Shown piece by piece: positions 1 through 10,249 of a stretch of DNA of 64,000 nucleotides (position 1 is its first letter; every line of letters starts with the position of its first letter). The notes beneath the pieces were generated by a model. The model was not told the DNA's origin. It saw only the letters and a list, made by a program, of their open reading frames with translations, and did not search any database. The translations under genes and the position numbers were made by a program. Origin of the DNA: Nitrospirota bacterium (GTDB lineage: Bacteria; Nitrospirota; UBA9217); contig CAVVUN010000009.1 of assembly GCA_963751455.1 (NCBI GenBank), positions 192,001-256,000 of the forward strand, written 5' to 3'.

Positions 1-4
1 GAAA

Positions 5-1279
5 ATGTACAAGACCATCATGGCGGACGATTTTCCTTCGGAAATGACCATCCTTTTCGGCAGCCAGAAATTGGTGTATAGAAAAAAGTCGTGGAAACTC
101 GCTGACGAGGGAACTGGAGAACTAATCGAAAAAGGCCTCCGCTACGGCGAGAACCCCGACCAGCAGGCTGCCATGTACCAGCTCGTGAACGGCAATCTCT
201 CGCTTGCCGGCCTGCAATTCATACAGCCGGGAAACGGCCTCGTCAGCGCAATTACCGAAGAACAGATGGTCCAGGCGGGCAAGCATCCGGGTAAGACAAA
301 TTTCACGGACCTGGACAATGCACTCAATATCCTCAAGTTCCTGGCTGACCGGCCTGCCGCAGCCATCATGAAACACAACAACCCTTGCGGCGTGGCATAC
401 GGCAAAACGGTTGTTGAGGCTTACGAACGGGCCAATATGGCAGATCGTATCGCGGCCTTCGGCGGGTGTCTTGCAGTAAACCGTCCAATCGATAAGCTGA
501 CTGCCGAGTTGGCGAATGCGAATTATCTCGAGGTTGTCGCGGCCCCGGATTACGAAGAGGGCACACTTGCAATCCTCTCAAAGAGGAAGAACCTCCGCAT
601 TATCAAGATGAAAAAGATGAGCGAGCTTGCAAAGTATCGCGATATGACCGTCGTGGAATTCAAGTCGCTTATGGATGGCGGCATTATCGTCCAGCGATCG
701 CAGAAAAACGCCATCCGGAAGAAAGAGGATTTCAAGGAAGCCAGGACTTCTTATAAAGGCAAGGAATACGGTATCGAGCGGAAACCCACGGAAAGGGAAT
801 ACGACGACATGCTCTTCGGGTGGAACGTGGAGCAGGGCATTACGTCGAATTCTGTAATCTACGTGAAAGACGGAGTAACCGTGGGCATCGGCACGGGCGA
901 GCAGGACCGTGTGGGCGTAGCGGAGATAGCAATTTTCAAGGCGTATACGAAATTTGCCGACGCCCTCTGCTTCAGAAAATACGGGGTCCCGTATAAGCAG
1001 TTTGAGCTCGAAGCAACCCACGGTAAACGCGACCCGGCAGCACTCAGGGAAGTCGATGAGGAAACCCGGAAGGAAAGGGGCGGACTGATCGGCTCGGTCA
1101 TGGTTTCGGATGCCTTCTTCCCGTTCAGGGACGGCGTGGACGTAGGAATCAAAGAAGGCATTTCAGCAATTGTTCAGCCGGGCGGCTCTGACCGCGACTT
1201 CGATTCTATTACTGCCTGCAATGAAGTAAATCCAAAAGTTACTATGGTTTTTACCGGGCAACGTGTTTTCAAACATTAA
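5..1279 (+). CDS. purH: PurH-like AICAR formyltransferase/IMP cyclohydrolase family protein (true start may lie upstream of the window)
   Basis: Motifs LRYGENPDQ, KHNNPCGVA, DRIAAFGG, SDAFFPFRDG, VQPGGS and C-terminal FTGQRVFKH. Confidence 0.8.
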   Translation: MYKTIMADDFPSEMTILFGSQKLVYRKKSWKLADEGTGELIEKGLRYGENPDQQAAMYQLVNGNLSLAGLQFIQPGNGLVSAITEEQMVQAGKHPGKTNFTDLDNALNILKFLADRPAAAIMKHNNPCGVAYGKTVVEAYERANMADRIAAFGGCLAVNRPIDKLTAELANANYLEVVAAPDYEEGTLAILSKRKNLRIIKMKKMSELAKYRDMTVVEFKSLMDGGIIVQRSQKNAIRKKEDFKEARTSYKGKEYGIERKPTEREYDDMLFGWNVEQGITSNSVIYVKDGVTVGIGTGEQDRVGVAEIAIFKAYTKFADALCFRKYGVPYKQFELEATHGKRDPAALREVDEETRKERGGLIGSVMVSDAFFPFRDGVDVGIKEGISAIVQPGGSDRDFDSITACNEVNPKVTMVFTGQRVFKH

Positions 1280-1900
1280 TTATATACAAACCATGTTCTC
1301 GAAACAGTTCTATCAATCTCGCGTGATGCTGCTTTTCAAAGAAGGGTGAATTTCTGCCTTTGTCCGGTTCGATTATTATACTCAGGTCTAAATCAAAAAC
1401 CCTGAACCCTGCCATAGCCCTTGCAAATTAGACATGTTTTTCAGTACGGTCTTTTCTAAATAACAATAACGAGCAAATAATAACATATACATGCATTAAT
1501 GGGTATAAAAATACAGGTTTAAATAAAGTGACTTCCTAATTTGACAAATGACTTTTTCTTTGCTACTTTAGTTGTTCATTACTACCTCCCGCCATCAAAA
1601 TACCACTTCGCATAAGAATGGACGGGACACGCCTAAATAAGATTGGCCTGGAAGAAAAAAATGGTCAATATCCTTATCTAAAATACATTTCAGAACATTC
1701 ACCAGCAATTTTTTACTGCTGGTTATTAGATTCTTTCGATCCAGGACATCATTGACGGTCATGCATAGGGAAGGGTTAATGGAAGGGCAGAAGTTCCCCC
1801 CTTTTATTTCATGCTGTTTCACCATTAACGAGCTTTCACTGTGCGGTAATTAAGTTTCAGAATTCAAAAAACCGATGCTGTAAACAGGAGGTAATGCTCA

Positions 1901-2392
1901 ATGACGACAGCAGGGACCATGGAGACTACGCAGTACTTGACCTTTAATCTCGATGCTGAAACGTTTGCGATTGATATTTCCAAAGTTCGTGAGGTGCTCG
2001 ATTTCACTTCGATAACCAGGATTCCCAAGACCCCGGAATTCATGCACGGGGTCATCAACCTCAGAGGCAGAGTGGTGCCCGTGGTGGACCTTCGTCTTAA
2101 ATTCGGGCTTCCCAGGACAAAGATGACAGTCAACACATGTATCATCATCGTGGAGGTGGAAATCGATAATCAGCCGACAGTGCTGGGAGCGCTCGCGGAT
2201 TCCGTGCAGGAGGTGATGGATCTTGAGCAGAACAGCATTGAGCCGCGGCCCAGCATCGGGACGCTGGTGAACACCGGGTTCATCAAGGGCATGGGTAAAC
2301 GGGATAATCGCTTCGTTATCATTCTCGATATCGACAAAGTATTTTCGAGCCGGGAAATATCCGTTTTACAGGCGCGTGAAACAACAGAGTGA
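1901..2392 (+). CDS. cheW: Chemotaxis coupling protein CheW
   Basis: QYLTF...KVREVL...IPKTPEFMHGVINLRGRVVPVVDLR; AGGAGG RBS upstream. Confidence 0.95.
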   Translation: MTTAGTMETTQYLTFNLDAETFAIDISKVREVLDFTSITRIPKTPEFMHGVINLRGRVVPVVDLRLKFGLPRTKMTVNTCIIIVEVEIDNQPTVLGALADSVQEVMDLEQNSIEPRPSIGTLVNTGFIKGMGKRDNRFVIILDIDKVFSSREISVLQARETTE

Positions 2393-2516
2393 CAGATATC
2401 TCGAAGCAAGAGAGGGCTTTTCAACAAGTGCGGCGCTATTCTTTTAGGCATTCTCAGCATGCAAAACCATCTGTGCTCGAAACATCACGATATCCATACC
2501 TTAAGGAGGAAATAGC

Positions 2517-2871
2517 ATGTCAGACTCATCGCGAAGAGATCTCTTGAAGGTAGGTGCCGGAGTGATGGCGGGTGTTGCTGCAGCGGGCGGATTATCTTTG
2601 GTAAATGCAAGGAAGGCCAATGCCGCGATAACGCATCCATTCGGGTATGCCCAGCTTGATGCTGAAGCAACGAGGCAGCTCGGATATAACTCGTATAAAG
2701 GAATTGATATTGACGGCGTCAAGCATCAGGGATGTCAGCGTACGGGTCGTATGGGTCCGCAGCAGCCAGTTGGCTGATAATTGCGTTGAAAGAAGCAAAT
2801 CCACAATACAATTCCGTAACCAACTGGTGCCATTCGGATATCACGAAAGTCAGTGCCGAACGGTCACCATA
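2517..2871 (+). pseudogene. Decayed Tat-exported C-GCAxxG-C-C / split-Soret cytochrome c-like gene
   Basis: Tat signal SRRDLLK then HPFGYAQLDAEATRQLGY...HQGC; out-of-frame remnants AYGSY, QLAD and SVTNWC...SAERS; most of the body is missing. Confidence 0.55.
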
Positions 2872-2905
2872 GAAACGGTAAATAGTCTGATGTGTTAAAA
2901 CATTT

Positions 2906-2946
2906 AAAACCGTTGGCTGGATTATTACCCTTGCCAGCGGTTTTTT
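2906..2946 (+). terminator. Rho-independent terminator-like hairpin
   Basis: AAAACCGTTGGC...GCCAGCGGTTTTTT stem followed by a T tract. Confidence 0.5.
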
Positions 2947-3034
2947 GCTTTTTTACCCCGAAACCGAAGCAATTGAAGCGTTGAATAAGGCGTTCAAAAG
3001 GGGTTACATAAACCGGGATAAGGAGAAAAAGATC

Positions 3035-3898
3035 ATGAAAGTCATCTGTTTGATACGAGGCATTGTGCTTGTTATGGGTTTCAGTGTGATCGGCGTAAAT
3101 CCCGCGAGCTCCGCGGAAAAAATCAATTATACGGGATGCGGCATCGTGAAGCTTGCCTTCATGGAACAACTGGCAGTTAAATTCAAGGAGCTGCACGGAA
3201 TAGAGGTGGATGTTCAGGGCGGCGGCGCGACACGCGGCATCAGGGACATCGCTTCACATCAGAAAAATCTGGGAGGAACGTGCCGTCATGCAGTGGATCA
3301 GCCTGAAGAAAAAGGGGTAACTCTCCATCACGTCGCATGGGACGCGCTGGTTGTAATCGTCAACAAATCTAATCCTGTGGATTCTATTACCGTGCAGCAG
3401 CTGAAAGCCGTACTGGAGGGCCGGGTAAAGGACTGGGGAGCTCTTGGAGGGCCGTCCAATACGCCGATTAAATACTTTGATCGCGAAGAAAAAGATTCGG
3501 GAGTGGGATTGATGGCGCGCGAAATCCTGTTTCATGATCCCAATAAGACCTTTGTCACTGCAGCGGTGTTCGAGGACAGCGGCCCCATGGAGAAGGCCAT
3601 CGAAAAGGACAAGTGGGCAGTGGGCATCACCGGGATATCAAGTGCGAGGAAAAGAGCTGTAAAAATACTTCGTCTGAATGGAATTGATACTTCGAAACAA
3701 AACATCGCATCCGGTAAATATCTTCTGTATCGTCCTCTCTATCTCGTGACCACCGAAGCGCCGGATGCAACGACGAAAAAGTTCATTGAGTTTGCAAAGA
3801 GCAAGGAGGGCCAGGAAATTATCAGCCAGCAAGGCACCGTAAACCTGAGGGAAGGCGCCAATCTCTGGAAATTATACCGTAAGCAGATTCAGGAATAA
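3035..3898 (+). CDS. PstS-like (PBP type 2) periplasmic substrate-binding protein
   Basis: Signal peptide; VQGGGATRGI, VAWDALVVIVNKSNPV, YLLYRPLYLV. ATG 3035 follows AAGGAG. Confidence 0.8.
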   Translation: MKVICLIRGIVLVMGFSVIGVNPASSAEKINYTGCGIVKLAFMEQLAVKFKELHGIEVDVQGGGATRGIRDIASHQKNLGGTCRHAVDQPEEKGVTLHHVAWDALVVIVNKSNPVDSITVQQLKAVLEGRVKDWGALGGPSNTPIKYFDREEKDSGVGLMAREILFHDPNKTFVTAAVFEDSGPMEKAIEKDKWAVGITGISSARKRAVKILRLNGIDTSKQNIASGKYLLYRPLYLVTTEAPDATTKKFIEFAKSKEGQEIISQQGTVNLREGANLWKLYRKQIQE

Positions 3899-4036
3899 TA
3901 GCGCATACTTAAAGCTAATTCTTATCCGAAAAAGCTCAAACTCGCAAACCCCGGACCTTTTAAAGCCGGACTTCCAGATCACAGAAGTGATTCATGAAGG
4001 GGAACATCAGTACGATATGCGGAGGGAGAGAAGGCG

Positions 4037-5710
4037 ATGAGAGTGACTATTGTAAATAAAACATATATAGGTATTGCCATATTGACCGTTGTTTTGATAG
4101 GGCTGGCTATTTTCGTTGAGGTGAACATCAGCAGTACCAAGGAAGGGCTTGGACATGTCAGCAAGCAAACCCAGTTTCAGTCCATGATCAACATGCGCAT
4201 ACTTGATCATTTCAAATGGGCAGACGCGCTTGCCATAGACTCGATCCTTTTCGGAAAGGAATTTACGGGCCAGCTCGATCACACAAAATGCGCTCTCGGC
4301 CAATGGTACTATAGCTATCAGCCCGATAAGGAGCTGGAAGTCATTTATGCGAGACTGGAAAAGCCGCATGCACGCCTCCATGCAACAGCTTCCCGGATTA
4401 CGAATGCCCTCAAAGAAGGAAGGGCGGATGTTGCCATGAATGTGTACGAGACGGAAACGGTGCCGGCATTGAAAGAGACGCATGATATCCTTACGGAATT
4501 GAGTGAGAAAGCGAAGACAATTTCTGAGAAAGCATTGAGCAATATGGATAACGCGCAGCGTGCAATGGAACGTATCTTTTTTGTCGTTTTTGCAGGGGTC
4601 GTCGCATTGCTTTTTGCGGGGACCAGCTTTTTTCTGGCAAGACCTCTCAAGAACAGTCTCACATCCATATCGAAATGGGTCGCCACGATAGCTGCCGGCG
4701 ATCTCAGAAATGACATTCATATAAAAACTGACGATGAAATCGGAGACATTGCAGCCAAACTTAATGGAATGATCGAAAACATCCGCGAAACTGTCACCGG
4801 CGTCAAGCTTGCAGCGGAAAACGTCAACTCAGGCAGCACGCAGCTTTCGTCCGGCGCGGAACAGATGTCGCAAGGCACCAGGCAGCAGGCGGCATTGGCC
4901 GAGGAAGCATCCTCATCGATAGAGGAAATGAACGCAACCATCAGGCAGAACGCGGACAATGCTCATGAGACTGAAAAGATCGCGCTTAAATCTGCCGCCG
5001 ACGCGACAGAAAGCGGTAATGCAGTGTCCAAGACGGTCGGCGCTATGAAAGAAATTGCGGCAAAGATCTCCATTATCGAAGAAATTGCCCGTCAAACTAA
5101 TCTTTTGGCATTGAACGCGGCGATAGAAGCGGCCAGGGCCGGCGAGCACGGCAAGGGCTTTGCGGTGGTCGCAGCAGAAGTCAGAAAGCTTGCAGAGAGA
5201 AGCCAGGCAGCGGCCGGCGAAATCAGCCAGCTTTCGGTCACGAGCGTGGAAGTTGCCGAGAAAGCCGGGCAAATGCTTGCCAAGCTTGTTCCTGACATAC
5301 AGAAGACGGCCGAATTGGTGCAGGAGATCAGTGCTGCATCGAAGGAACAGACCTCCGGATCCGCCCAGATCAACGCCGCGATACAGCAGCTGAACCACGT
5401 CATCCAGCAGAACGCGGGAGCAACAGAGGAGATATCGGCCACAGCAGAGGAGCTTTTAACCCAGGCCGAGCAGCTCCGGGGCGCGATCGCATTCTTTAAG
5501 GTGGAAGAGGGAACGAACGCGGTATTAGGCGCGGCTTCGCTGAAAAAGCGGGTTGGAGTCAATGCGGCAAATTATGGAAAGTTTGTCACTCAACAGAAAC
5601 CGGTAGAGGCCGCAGCAGCGACAACGCACAGAGGGGTTGATCTTCACATGAAGGATGGGCGTGTAAAAGGAAACGGCGACCATCGGGAAGCGGAGTTTGA
5701 AAGATTTTAG
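4037..5710 (+). CDS. Methyl-accepting chemotaxis protein with CZB-like sensor, HAMP and signalling domain
   Basis: Two TM helices; DHFKW / CALGQW / PHARLH motif; [30 protein letters not shown]; C-terminal pentapeptide EFERF. Confidence 0.93.
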   Translation: MRVTIVNKTYIGIAILTVVLIGLAIFVEVNISSTKEGLGHVSKQTQFQSMINMRILDHFKWADALAIDSILFGKEFTGQLDHTKCALGQWYYSYQPDKELEVIYARLEKPHARLHATASRITNALKEGRADVAMNVYETETVPALKETHDILTELSEKAKTISEKALSNMDNAQRAMERIFFVVFAGVVALLFAGTSFFLARPLKNSLTSISKWVATIAAGDLRNDIHIKTDDEIGDIAAKLNGMIENIRETVTGVKLAAENVNSGSTQLSSGAEQMSQGTRQQAALAEEASSSIEEMNATIRQNADNAHETEKIALKSAADATESGNAVSKTVGAMKEIAAKISIIEEIARQTNLLALNAAIEAARAGEHGKGFAVVAAEVRKLAERSQAAAGEISQLSVTSVEVAEKAGQMLAKLVPDIQKTAELVQEISAASKEQTSGSAQINAAIQQLNHVIQQNAGATEEISATAEELLTQAEQLRGAIAFFKVEEGTNAVLGAASLKKRVGVNAANYGKFVTQQKPVEAAAATTHRGVDLHMKDGRVKGNGDHREAEFERF

Positions 5711-5852
5711 GCGGCACAATTGTCGAAGAGAGAGGGGGAAGCGTGTCGTACAACGATAAAATATTCGGTCGCTCATGACTTAGACCATAATTTATCGAAA
5801 AAGGCGATTCATAGTCAGATGAAGTTATTAAGCCGCGTTGGGAGAGTTTTGC

Positions 5853-6321
5853 ATGCCAACTGCTTTTTTGATGTTGAAAGCTCAGCTGCTGATATGCGCT
5901 GTTTTCATTACGGCCGCGATTTTGTCGGGGTGTCATACAAAAAACGAGCAGGATAAAATCAAAGAGGTCATTACTTCGGTACAGAAGTCGGCTGAGAACA
6001 AGGATATTAAAGAGATATTGTCCCATATCTCAAAAAGATATCGGTGATCCCCAAGGGAATGATGATGCGGCCATTAAAGATCTTCTGATTGTTTATTTTT
6101 TCAGACACACCAAAATATCCGTTTTTATAACCGATCTGAATATTGTTGTTTCCAATTCCTCGGCACGAGCAACGTTTCAAGCTGTATTGTCAGGAGGCAA
6201 TAAGCTTGAATCACCCCGCGATGTTCTGCCCGAAGCACTCTGTGCCTATCGTTTTGAGGTTGCATTCAACGGCGAGTCAGGAGTTTGGAAAGTGATTTCC
6301 GCGAAATGGGATCGCTTCTAA
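5853..6321 (+). CDS. Lipoprotein with probable NTF2/SnoaL-like fold, frameshifted near 6044
   Basis: Lipobox ILSGC; after HISKRYR another frame continues DPQGND...YFFRH...GVWKVISAKWDRF to TAA at 6321. Confidence 0.5.
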
Positions 6322-6425
6322 AACCAGCTTAAGATATCCTGGAAAACCCTCGTAACTCCCTTTCCAAAATTAAAGATCGCCTTTCCCTGGTCCTTCTCGA
6401 ACAAACCCTTGATATTGCGCGACTT

Positions 6426-7640
6426 TTGTGGGATAATTTGCATCTTATGTATCTTCTCAGAGGCAAATTAAAACAGTATACGAACCTTTTGGCGATACCG
6501 CTGTGGGCCGGTCTGCTGCTTTTCCCTTTTACGGGCTTCAAGAGCGCCGTCAGTATATTAATAACAACAGTCGCTATAATCATTCTCTGGCAGGTTCAGG
6601 CATTTCAGCGTATGGTATTGTTCGTCAGGTCCGCTGAAAAAATGCTCCCCCGCGAGGTTTTCTCATTTTCGACTATCATTTCCTGGGTTCAGACATCAAA
6701 GGGGCTGACCATCCTGCTCGGGCTGCTCGTTGTCTTGCCCGTTTTCCTGAACAATTATTTTCGTGATGTTCTTACGCTCACAGGAATGTACATAGTACTT
6801 GCTCTCGGCCTGAATATCATTGTCGGGCAGGCGGGGCTTTTGAACCTCGGGTACGTGGCTTTTTACGCTGTGGGGGCATATACCTATGCTATTCTGTCCA
6901 CTTCAATAGGCCTGTCATTCTGGCCCGGTCTGGCAGCCGGCGGACTGATGGCCGCCGTTTTCGCCGCACTTCTCGGCTTGCCGACCCTCAAACTGCGCGG
7001 AGATTACTTCGCTATCGTTACCCTCGGTCTTGGTGAAATCACTCGTATTATTCTGAACAACTGGGACGCCGTTACGGGAGGCCCCAACGGAATTTCAAAA
7101 ATCGGCAGACCGGTCATTGCCGGATACTCGCTTCATTCAACGCTCGATTTTTACTATCTGGTTCTGTTTTTTGGCATTCTGACGGTATTCGCAATGAACC
7201 GACTGATCACGTCCCGGATCGGCAGGGCCTGGATCGCCATACGCGAGGACGAAGTTGCCGCCGAAGCCATGGGTCTCGACACCTTCAGGTTGAAGCTGCT
7301 CGCGTTTGTAATCGGGTCGGCAGTGGCTGGGGTCGCCGGCGTTTTCTTCGCTGCTAAAATGGCGTTTGTATCGCCCGAGAGTTTCACTTTTTTCGAATCG
7401 GTAATGATCCTCTGCATGGTGGTGCTCGGCGGCATGGGCAGCATTCCCGGCATAATTCTCGGCGCCCTGCTTCTGATAACTCTGCCCGAAATCTTCCGGG
7501 ATTTCCAGGACTACAGGATGCTGGCTTTCGGGATGGCGCTCGTCTTGATGATGATTTATCGGCCTCAGGGACTGCTGGGAAATATGAATATTGATAAACC
7601 CGAAAAAGGGATTTTAGCCGCGGGGAACGCTGAGAAGTAG
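6426..7640 (+). CDS. livM: Branched-chain amino acid ABC transporter permease
   Basis: GLLNLGYVAFYAVGAY, LRGDYFAIVTLG, SRIGRAWIAIREDE, MVVLGGMGS; start uncertain. Confidence 0.9.
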   Translation: MWDNLHLMYLLRGKLKQYTNLLAIPLWAGLLLFPFTGFKSAVSILITTVAIIILWQVQAFQRMVLFVRSAEKMLPREVFSFSTIISWVQTSKGLTILLGLLVVLPVFLNNYFRDVLTLTGMYIVLALGLNIIVGQAGLLNLGYVAFYAVGAYTYAILSTSIGLSFWPGLAAGGLMAAVFAALLGLPTLKLRGDYFAIVTLGLGEITRIILNNWDAVTGGPNGISKIGRPVIAGYSLHSTLDFYYLVLFFGILTVFAMNRLITSRIGRAWIAIREDEVAAEAMGLDTFRLKLLAFVIGSAVAGVAGVFFAAKMAFVSPESFTFFESVMILCMVVLGGMGSIPGIILGALLLITLPEIFRDFQDYRMLAFGMALVLMMIYRPQGLLGNMNIDKPEKGILAAGNAEK

Positions 7641-7663
7641 CGACTTGATATAAAGGCAGGAGC

Positions 7664-7827
7664 TTTTTCCGCAGATTACACAGATTTCGCGGATTAATCT
7701 GCTCGTACAGGGGGTTAATCGTAAGTCGGAAAATTATCAACTCAAGATTCACGATTAGGGCATTCGGAGACGATAAGTCGCAAGCCGAAATCATAATCTG
7801 CGCAATCTGCGAAATCTGCGGATAAAA
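7664..7827. repeat. Intergenic inverted repeat made of 9-bp periodic units (CGCAGATNN x3)
   Basis: Left arm TTCCGCAGATTACACAGATTTCGCGGATTA; right arm TAATCTGCGCAATCTGCGAAATCTGCGGATAAAA. Confidence 0.8.
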
Positions 7828-7851
7828 GTTTTCATCCTGTAAGGTTAAATC

Positions 7852-8622
7852 ATGCTTTTGCTCGAGACAAAAAATCTGACCAAGCACTTCGGGGGGCTCA
7901 AAGCTCTCGACGGCACTACCATGCGCGTCGAGCGTGAAAGGATCGTCAGCATCATCGGACCGAACGGAGCAGGCAAGACCACGTTCTTCAACTGTATTAC
8001 CGGCATTTATAAGCCCACGGCAGGAAGCGTTATCTTTCACGACCGGGAAATCACGGGCATGGCCCCGCATGATATCACCGCGATGGGCATTGCGCGTACT
8101 TTTCAGAACATCCGTCTCTTCGCGGGCATGACCTGCGTTCAGAACGTGATGGTGGCTGCGCATTGCCGCACGAAGGCCGGTGTGTTCGGGGCCGTTTTCA
8201 GGCCGCGCCGGGTGAAAAAAGAAGAGCGCGACATGGAATACCGGGCCGTTGACATTCTGAAATTCAGCGGTCTGGACTGCAAGCAGAACGTCCTCGCTTC
8301 GAACCTCTCCTACGGCGACCGGCGAAGGCTCGAGATTGCGCGTGCGCTCGGAACCGAGCCGCACCTCCTGCTCCTCGACGAACCCGCGGCAGGTATGAAC
8401 CCGCAGGAGACGCATGAACTTATGGGTTTGATCCGCAGGATCCGAGACAACGGCGTTGCGATACTCTTGATCGAGCACGACATGAAAGTCGTTATGGGCA
8501 TTTCGGACCGGGTCATTGTGCTCGACCATGGCGTCAAGATCGCGGAGGGAGCGCCCAGGGACGTTCAGAACAATCCCCAGGTTATAGAAGCGTATCTGGG
8601 GAAGGAGTCCCTCCATGCTTGA
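7852..8622 (+). CDS. livG: Branched-chain amino acid ABC transporter ATP-binding protein
   Basis: GPNGAGKTT, ARTFQNIRLF, LSYGDRRRLEIARAL, LLLDEPAAG, VIEAYLG. Confidence 0.93.
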   Translation: MLLLETKNLTKHFGGLKALDGTTMRVERERIVSIIGPNGAGKTTFFNCITGIYKPTAGSVIFHDREITGMAPHDITAMGIARTFQNIRLFAGMTCVQNVMVAAHCRTKAGVFGAVFRPRRVKKEERDMEYRAVDILKFSGLDCKQNVLASNLSYGDRRRLEIARALGTEPHLLLLDEPAAGMNPQETHELMGLIRRIRDNGVAILLIEHDMKVVMGISDRVIVLDHGVKIAEGAPRDVQNNPQVIEAYLGKESLHA

Positions 8623-9316
8623 ACTCAGAGACGTTATGGTTTCCTACGGCATGATAGATGCCTTGAAAGGGATCAGCCTGAGCGTAAAGAGCCGCGAAAT
8701 CGTCGCACTGATTGGAGCAAACGGGGCCGGCAAGTCGACAACTCTCATGACCATCTCCGGCGTCGCGCCGTTGCGCAGGGGCGCCGTCTTATTCGAGGGG
8801 AAGGACCTCTCGGGGCTTCCTGCTCACGAGATTGTTCGTATGGGAGTTTCCCAGGTTCCGGAAGGAAGGCGTATTTTCGGCGGCATGACCGTGCGTGAAA
8901 ATCTGGAGATGGGCGCATTTCACCGGAATAAGCAAAACGCAGAGATCGATATCGAGCGTATGTTCAATCTCTTCCCGGCTCTTTCCGAACGCAAAAGCCA
9001 ACTCGGCGGGACCCTGTCGGGAGGAGAACAGCAGATGCTTGCCATCGGCAGGGCATTGATGTCCCGTCCCAGACTGCTTCTCCTGGACGAGCCTTCCCTG
9101 GGCCTCGCGCCTATTATCGTAAGCCGCATCTTTCGCATCATCAAGGAGATCAACGAACAGGGTGTTACCATCCTCCTGGTCGAACAGAACGCCAAAGCAG
9201 CCCTTCGTCTGGCTCATCGTGCTTATGTGATGGAAACAGGGAAGATCGTCATGGAAGGCAGCGCCGCGGTCCTTGAAAAGGACCCTGGTATAAAAAAAGC
9301 ATATCTGGGAGAATAG
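8615..9316 (+). CDS. livF: Branched-chain amino acid ABC transporter ATP-binding protein
   Basis: GANGAGKST, VPEGRRIF, LSGGEQQMLAIGRALM, LLVEQNA. Confidence 0.93.
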   Translation: MLELRDVMVSYGMIDALKGISLSVKSREIVALIGANGAGKSTTLMTISGVAPLRRGAVLFEGKDLSGLPAHEIVRMGVSQVPEGRRIFGGMTVRENLEMGAFHRNKQNAEIDIERMFNLFPALSERKSQLGGTLSGGEQQMLAIGRALMSRPRLLLLDEPSLGLAPIIVSRIFRIIKEINEQGVTILLVEQNAKAALRLAHRAYVMETGKIVMEGSAAVLEKDPGIKKAYLGE

Positions 9317-9398
9317 CCGTAGTGCTGAGACTTGCGTCCGCGTTTACGAGTGGCACCGCCAGGGCAGGGTGTTCGGAGCGTATGTGACGAGCGGGAAG

Positions 9399-10157
9399 AT
9401 GAAAAGAAACATAAAGCTTACCCTTGAATATGAGGGTACGAACTACCATGGGTGGCAGACACAGGCGGGAACAGGCAACGCTACGATACAGGAAACGCTT
9501 GAACGCGCCATAAAGATCCTTGCCAAGGAAGAATGCAAGACTGTTTCTTCGGGAAGGACCGATGCCGGTGTTCATGCGCTGGGTCATGTCGCCAGCTTCC
9601 TGACCTCGAGCAGCATGCCGGCTGAGGCATGGGCGCCCGCACTCAATTACCTGCTGCCCGAAGACATCAGAGTATTGTCGTCCGGAGAAGAGCCTCACGA
9701 TTTTCACGCTCGCTACAGCGCAGTAAGCAAGATTTACAAGTATCGTATTCTGAACCGTCGTACTCCTTCAGCACTATATCGTCATTACGCCTGGCATGTC
9801 AATCTTCGATTGAATGTAACAAACATGAAACAGGCGGCGTCCTGTCTTGTCGGCAGGCATGATTTTTCAGCCTTCCGCGCAGCCGGCTGTTCCGCAAAGA
9901 CACCGGTTCGGACTCTGACACGCGTAGATATAAAGAAAAGCGGGGAGTTCATCGAGTTGTCGCTTGAAGCAGATTCCTTTCTTCAGTACATGGTCAGAAA
10001 TATCACAGGAACGCTTGTTGAGGTGGGACTTGGCCGTTTCAGCCCAGGTGATGTCAAGCGAATGCTCAAGTCCAGGGACCGTACGGCCGCTGGACGTACC
10101 GCGCCTCCGCAGGGACTATACCTTGTTTCGGTCTGTTATGACGTAAAAGGTCGATAG
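9399..10157 (+). CDS. truA: tRNA pseudouridine(38-40) synthase
   Basis: EYEGTNYHGWQ, SGRTDAGVHA, HDFSAFR, FLQYMVRNI, TAPPQGLYL. Confidence 0.95.
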   Translation: MKRNIKLTLEYEGTNYHGWQTQAGTGNATIQETLERAIKILAKEECKTVSSGRTDAGVHALGHVASFLTSSSMPAEAWAPALNYLLPEDIRVLSSGEEPHDFHARYSAVSKIYKYRILNRRTPSALYRHYAWHVNLRLNVTNMKQAASCLVGRHDFSAFRAAGCSAKTPVRTLTRVDIKKSGEFIELSLEADSFLQYMVRNITGTLVEVGLGRFSPGDVKRMLKSRDRTAAGRTAPPQGLYLVSVCYDVKGR

Positions 10158-10249
10158 TATTATTTCGCAAAATTGTAATTATTTTGCATTAATTCTCATT
10201 ATTGCAAAAACTGTATCGATTTTATTGCTGATAAATCAAAGGTTTTAGG

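Noticed and set aside
7384-8616. 410-aa minus-strand ORF and similar long antisense ORFs
   Set aside because: These are shadows of well-supported genes on the opposite strand, with no recognisable motifs.
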